From NCBI GenBank assembly GCA_951804945.1, contig OX638152.1, positions 63,922,001-63,986,000 of the forward strand: 64,000 nucleotides of DNA. The letters are read 5' to 3'. The notes under the pieces are model-generated. The model did no database searches. It was not told where the DNA came from and saw only the letters and a program-made list of their open reading frames with translations. The DNA is from Podarcis cretensis. Taxonomy: Eukaryota. The position numbers and the translations under genes were made by a program. Shown piece by piece: positions 60,259 to 64,000 of the stretch (position 1 is its first letter; each line of letters starts with the position of its first letter).

Positions 60259-63200
60259 TTTGTTCATTTGAATACCTGAAGAGGGCAAACCACTGCTAAA
60301 AAGGCAATGTGATGGGTCAGAATATTTGAGCAGAATAGTGTACATAAAAGAACAATTCCTCAGTAGAGCATGCCATGAAACTGAAAAAGGCCAAACAACC
60401 CGAGAAAGCATAATTCTGTATGAGTTTTAGATTGCTGCAAGAGGTTTTGATTAATCTCTTATCCTAAGCCCACTACCCAAACTTCTCTTCTTTGATTTGT
60501 TTACATAGTAAATTGGCTAATTAGAGGTCGAAATGAATTGAAAGTAAAGAAAGAAGGCCCTTAAGATAATTAGGGGCTCTTGACTCAATTCTGTACCATC
60601 TTGGGATATGTGAACAATATAAACAAAGGCATGGCCATTATCTTGGGTATGCAAAGCTCCATTAAACTCAGAATCCCCTTTAAACAATTACCCAGGAGTG
60701 TTTTGCAAAATTGATAAAGAATGGGCAGCAACACATATCCTGGGATTTGTGCCTTAGTAATCCTTTTGAAATAATGTCAGGTCTCACAAACGTGATAAAG
60801 AAAGCTAAAGGGACAATTTTATGTTCTTGTGGACTGGGCTCTGGATTTAAAGCATTGGCAGTGAGGTTAATCTTATGCCTACCTATTAAATAACTAAAAG
60901 TTGACACGATAACAGAGAAAAATAAATTACTTGCAGATATTGTGCTGCTTCTACTGTAGCATCTTTTGGCTGAGAAGTTATGGAATTCTGACTTTAAGAG
61001 AATATAGACCCCTCCACCCTCACCCCCACAGAGGATACGAAGCACATTGCATCAAACTGTGGCTCATCACAAGCCAACATACGTATTAGTGCTCTGCTCA
61101 AAATTACCCTGCATTTCCCCCCCAACAATTCCCCATAAATTAATGAGAAAAGAAATTTCATTCAAAAATTACAAAAGGGGAGACAACTCTTTTATGGAAT
61201 TCTTTTGGGTGAGGCCTAGGGTTTCTGTTGTGGTTACCTTACTTTTCAGGGGGATGGTATTGTTGAACTACAACTCCGCTCGTTGGGAGTTGTAGTTCAA
61301 CAACATCTGGGAGGCACCGTGTTGGCTGTCCCTGACATATGCCAGGTTGTAGATCTGCCAGAAAACTGTTGCACTCCTTCCCTAAGAGAGGCACACCAGC
61401 CCCCAGCCCCCCCCCCCGAATACTGGTGGTGGAAGCTCAATAGTTGATGCCAGACTGTGAACTTACGCAGATGCCACCTGGCACTTACTCTTTTAACTGC
61501 CGTGAAGTCCATATTTACTTATCTACATAATCTATGTCTATGTATAGGTACAATAGCACATTGATGTGATATGTACATCCCATTGCAGAAGGTCCCACGT
61601 CTAATCTCCCATCATCTCTAGTTATGGTAGCATGTGATGAGAAAGAGGCCCTCAGTGAAAACATCTGCCCATGTTAGATGGACACATTGTCTGACCTGGT
61701 GTAAGGTAGTTTCCTTTATTCCCAACTGCTTTGGTTTCCCTGCTCCTCTTCATATTCTGGGTTCCAGCAATTCATATGCCAGGATTTCAAATTGCCTTGC
61801 ACTGTGCTGCAATGGATTAATTGATTCTATATCCTTCAGAGCCTGCAGGAACGTTTCCCCATGTGAAAGACACAATCTCTGAGCTATACTTCAGGAGTTC
61901 ACATTGTAAAAGGAAGAAAGTCGATTTTAAAGTAATCACTGTCAATAGAAGTCATTTGTAATGTGTAGAAAAGAATTCTGTATACATTTCATCAGAACAC
62001 TCTCATTTTTCATGGTGTATATTTAACAATGAAATATGCAGCTCTTTCTAGTGAATTTTCATAGGTTTAAGTGTTCTGTTGAGAAACAAAAATAGAGAAC
62101 ATGAGAACAGCAATGAAACACTTATTTTATTAACATTTCTTGTTAAAAAAGTAAACTCAGCCAGGTTTTCATATTTATTAGATATGTCAAATTTAATAAA
62201 ATTGATGTTTATGCTTATACAAAGTACTACTTCATATAAATAGAATATTTTCTTCAATCACTGATGTGAAAAGCTGGCTTGCTCATATGGTTTAGTTGAG
62301 TGTGGTTTTTTTGTTTTTTTTAAAAAAAACTTTACAAAAATCATTGTGATTAATTTTTCAAACAGAAAACCTTGAGTTGAAAACTAGCAATTTTTTTTAG
62401 TAATATAAAGGGAATACACAATGAAAACCCTAGTAAATTGCCAGTAAATAATGAAGATCCATTAATTTCTTCTTAAGTCTGGACATGTCCTTGTGTTTTT
62501 TGGTTAATGATGTCAATTACAGTCAAATTAAGCTAATGAGAATAACTGTGGATCAATTTTAATTGAAAAAAAATCAATATGTGTTGGTAATAATTATGCT
62601 TTTGTCAGGCTTGATTTACCATTTGCTTTGGTATTATCCACTATTTGCTTTCCTCCATTACAGGAGCTGCTAAAAGTTAAGATGGGAGAGGAGACAGCAA
62701 TGGGTGTTTGTGGATGAATAGGAGTCATGGAATAACATCATATTGGCTACAGATGTGTGCATACTTGCCATGCCTATTTTGCCAAAAAGGGAAGAAACTC
62801 AGTTATCATAGTGCTCATGCAACTGTTTGATTTACAATGGATTGATATCCATGTTTACCTTTTCCATGTGTACTGGATTTCTAGCAAACTGTGGAGATGC
62901 ACATATTTTCACATCCATTTTTTCTTAGAAATGTAGCTTTTCAAACAAAGGCAAGAATAAGTAAAATATAGTAATTTTATTTTTCACTGCAGTAACTAAT
63001 TGAAAACACCTTTCTTTTGGCAACATTCAGGCAGCATTTATTCTCTCCAGCAAAGTCTGGTATATTTCGTTTGTTTTTTTCTATAAAACAGAAAAAGCAA
63101 TTTGGCTAACTGTTAAATTTTGTACCTTATTATCAAAAGCCATTAAAACCTGAGAGAATTGTTGTACTGCAAGGAGGGGAATAATGAATGTACAGTGTGT

Positions 63201-63596
63201 TTCATCAAATATTCTGCAGCTTCCTCTAAAATACAGATGTTAAAGATTTTTTAAAAATAGGCTTACCAAACTACTGCTGGCTCCAAAGTTAGTGAGCAAG
63301 TGAGGTTTCAAACAAAATTTCTGGAAACAATATGAACTCTGATAAGCTGGTGATGAAGAATGAGAGGGGGGGTCTTAAAATGTAATTTTATTCATGCTAC
63401 TCAGAGGTTGTGGTGGGGGATAAGATCAGGTCACCTTTTATTTTCCTGTCTATCTAATCAGCACTTCCCCAAACAATGCATGAAACTCCTTCAAAAGTTG
63501 CACTATGCCACATTTTGTGAGTCTGTTGTCCAACACACACACCCCAACCAAGTATGTACAGAAGGGTTTATATTAAGGGGAAGTATGAATAAAAGC

Positions 63597-63938
63597 GGGT
63601 GCGCTGTGAGTTAAACCACAGAGCCTAGGACTTGCTGATCAGAAGGTCAGCGGTTCAAATCCCCGCAACGGGGTGAGCTCCCGTTGCTCGGTCCCTGCTC
63701 CTGCCAACCTAGCAGTTCAAAAGCACCTCAAAGTGCAAGTAGATAAATAGGTACCACTGCGGTGGGAAGGTAAGTGGCATTTCCGTGCGCTGCTCTGGTT
63801 TGCCAGAAGCGGCTTAGTCATGCTGGCCACATGACCCGGAAGCTGCATGCTGGCTCCCTCGGCCACTAAAGCGAGATGAGCGCCGCAACCCCAGAGTCGG
63901 TCACGACTGGACCTAATGGTCAGGGGTCCCTTTACCTG
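63597..63938 (+). mobile_element. Sauria SINE (near full length)
   Basis: Complete body and tail ccagagtcggtcacgactggacctaatggtcaggggtccctttacc. TSD TGAATAAAAGC at 63586-63596 and 63939-63949. Confidence 0.93.
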
Positions 63939-63948
63939 TGAATAAAAG

Positions 63949-64000
63949 CAGGGGTCAGCAAATGTTTTCAGCAGGGGGCCAGTCCACTGTTCCTCATACC
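63949..64000. mobile_element. Start of a hAT-Charlie-type MITE (runs off the window)
   Basis: CAGGGGTCAGCAAA TIR-like start. Confidence 0.55.

Noticed and set aside
1-64000. CRISPR arrays, operons or other prokaryotic systems; the remaining 60-137 aa ORFs
   Set aside because: The sequence is vertebrate and has no regular repeat-spacer array. The short ORFs fall in repeats or lack recognisable domains.

Overview
Eukaryotic, repeat-rich, apparently intronic or intergenic DNA from a squamate reptile. The Sauria SINEs resemble the Podarcis type, so a lacertid lizard is most likely (inference). I recognise no host protein-coding exon. The only intact proteins are two full-length, nearly identical RTE/BovB LINEs (APE endonuclease + reverse transcriptase, ~1000 aa) at 9730-12950 (+) and 17369-20594 (-). 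They face each other tail-to-tail 4.4 kb apart, each with its own 12-bp TSD. The second copy is the core of a three-level nest: Tigger-like MITE > ~1.1-kb non-autonomous L1-like element > BovB. The rest comprises Sauria SINEs, a Squam3-like SINE, tRNA-Lys/Ile/Ala-headed SINEs with CR1-type tails, fragments of other RTE, CR1 and Penelope elements, hAT and Tigger-like MITEs, putative solo LTRs, a U1 snRNA 5' fragment, microsatellites and a 173-nt assembly gap. The main unexplained structures are two back-to-back long palindromes (45402-45930) sharing a central motif and a third long hairpin at ~52.6 kb. All family names come from recognising motifs by eye; no database search was run.
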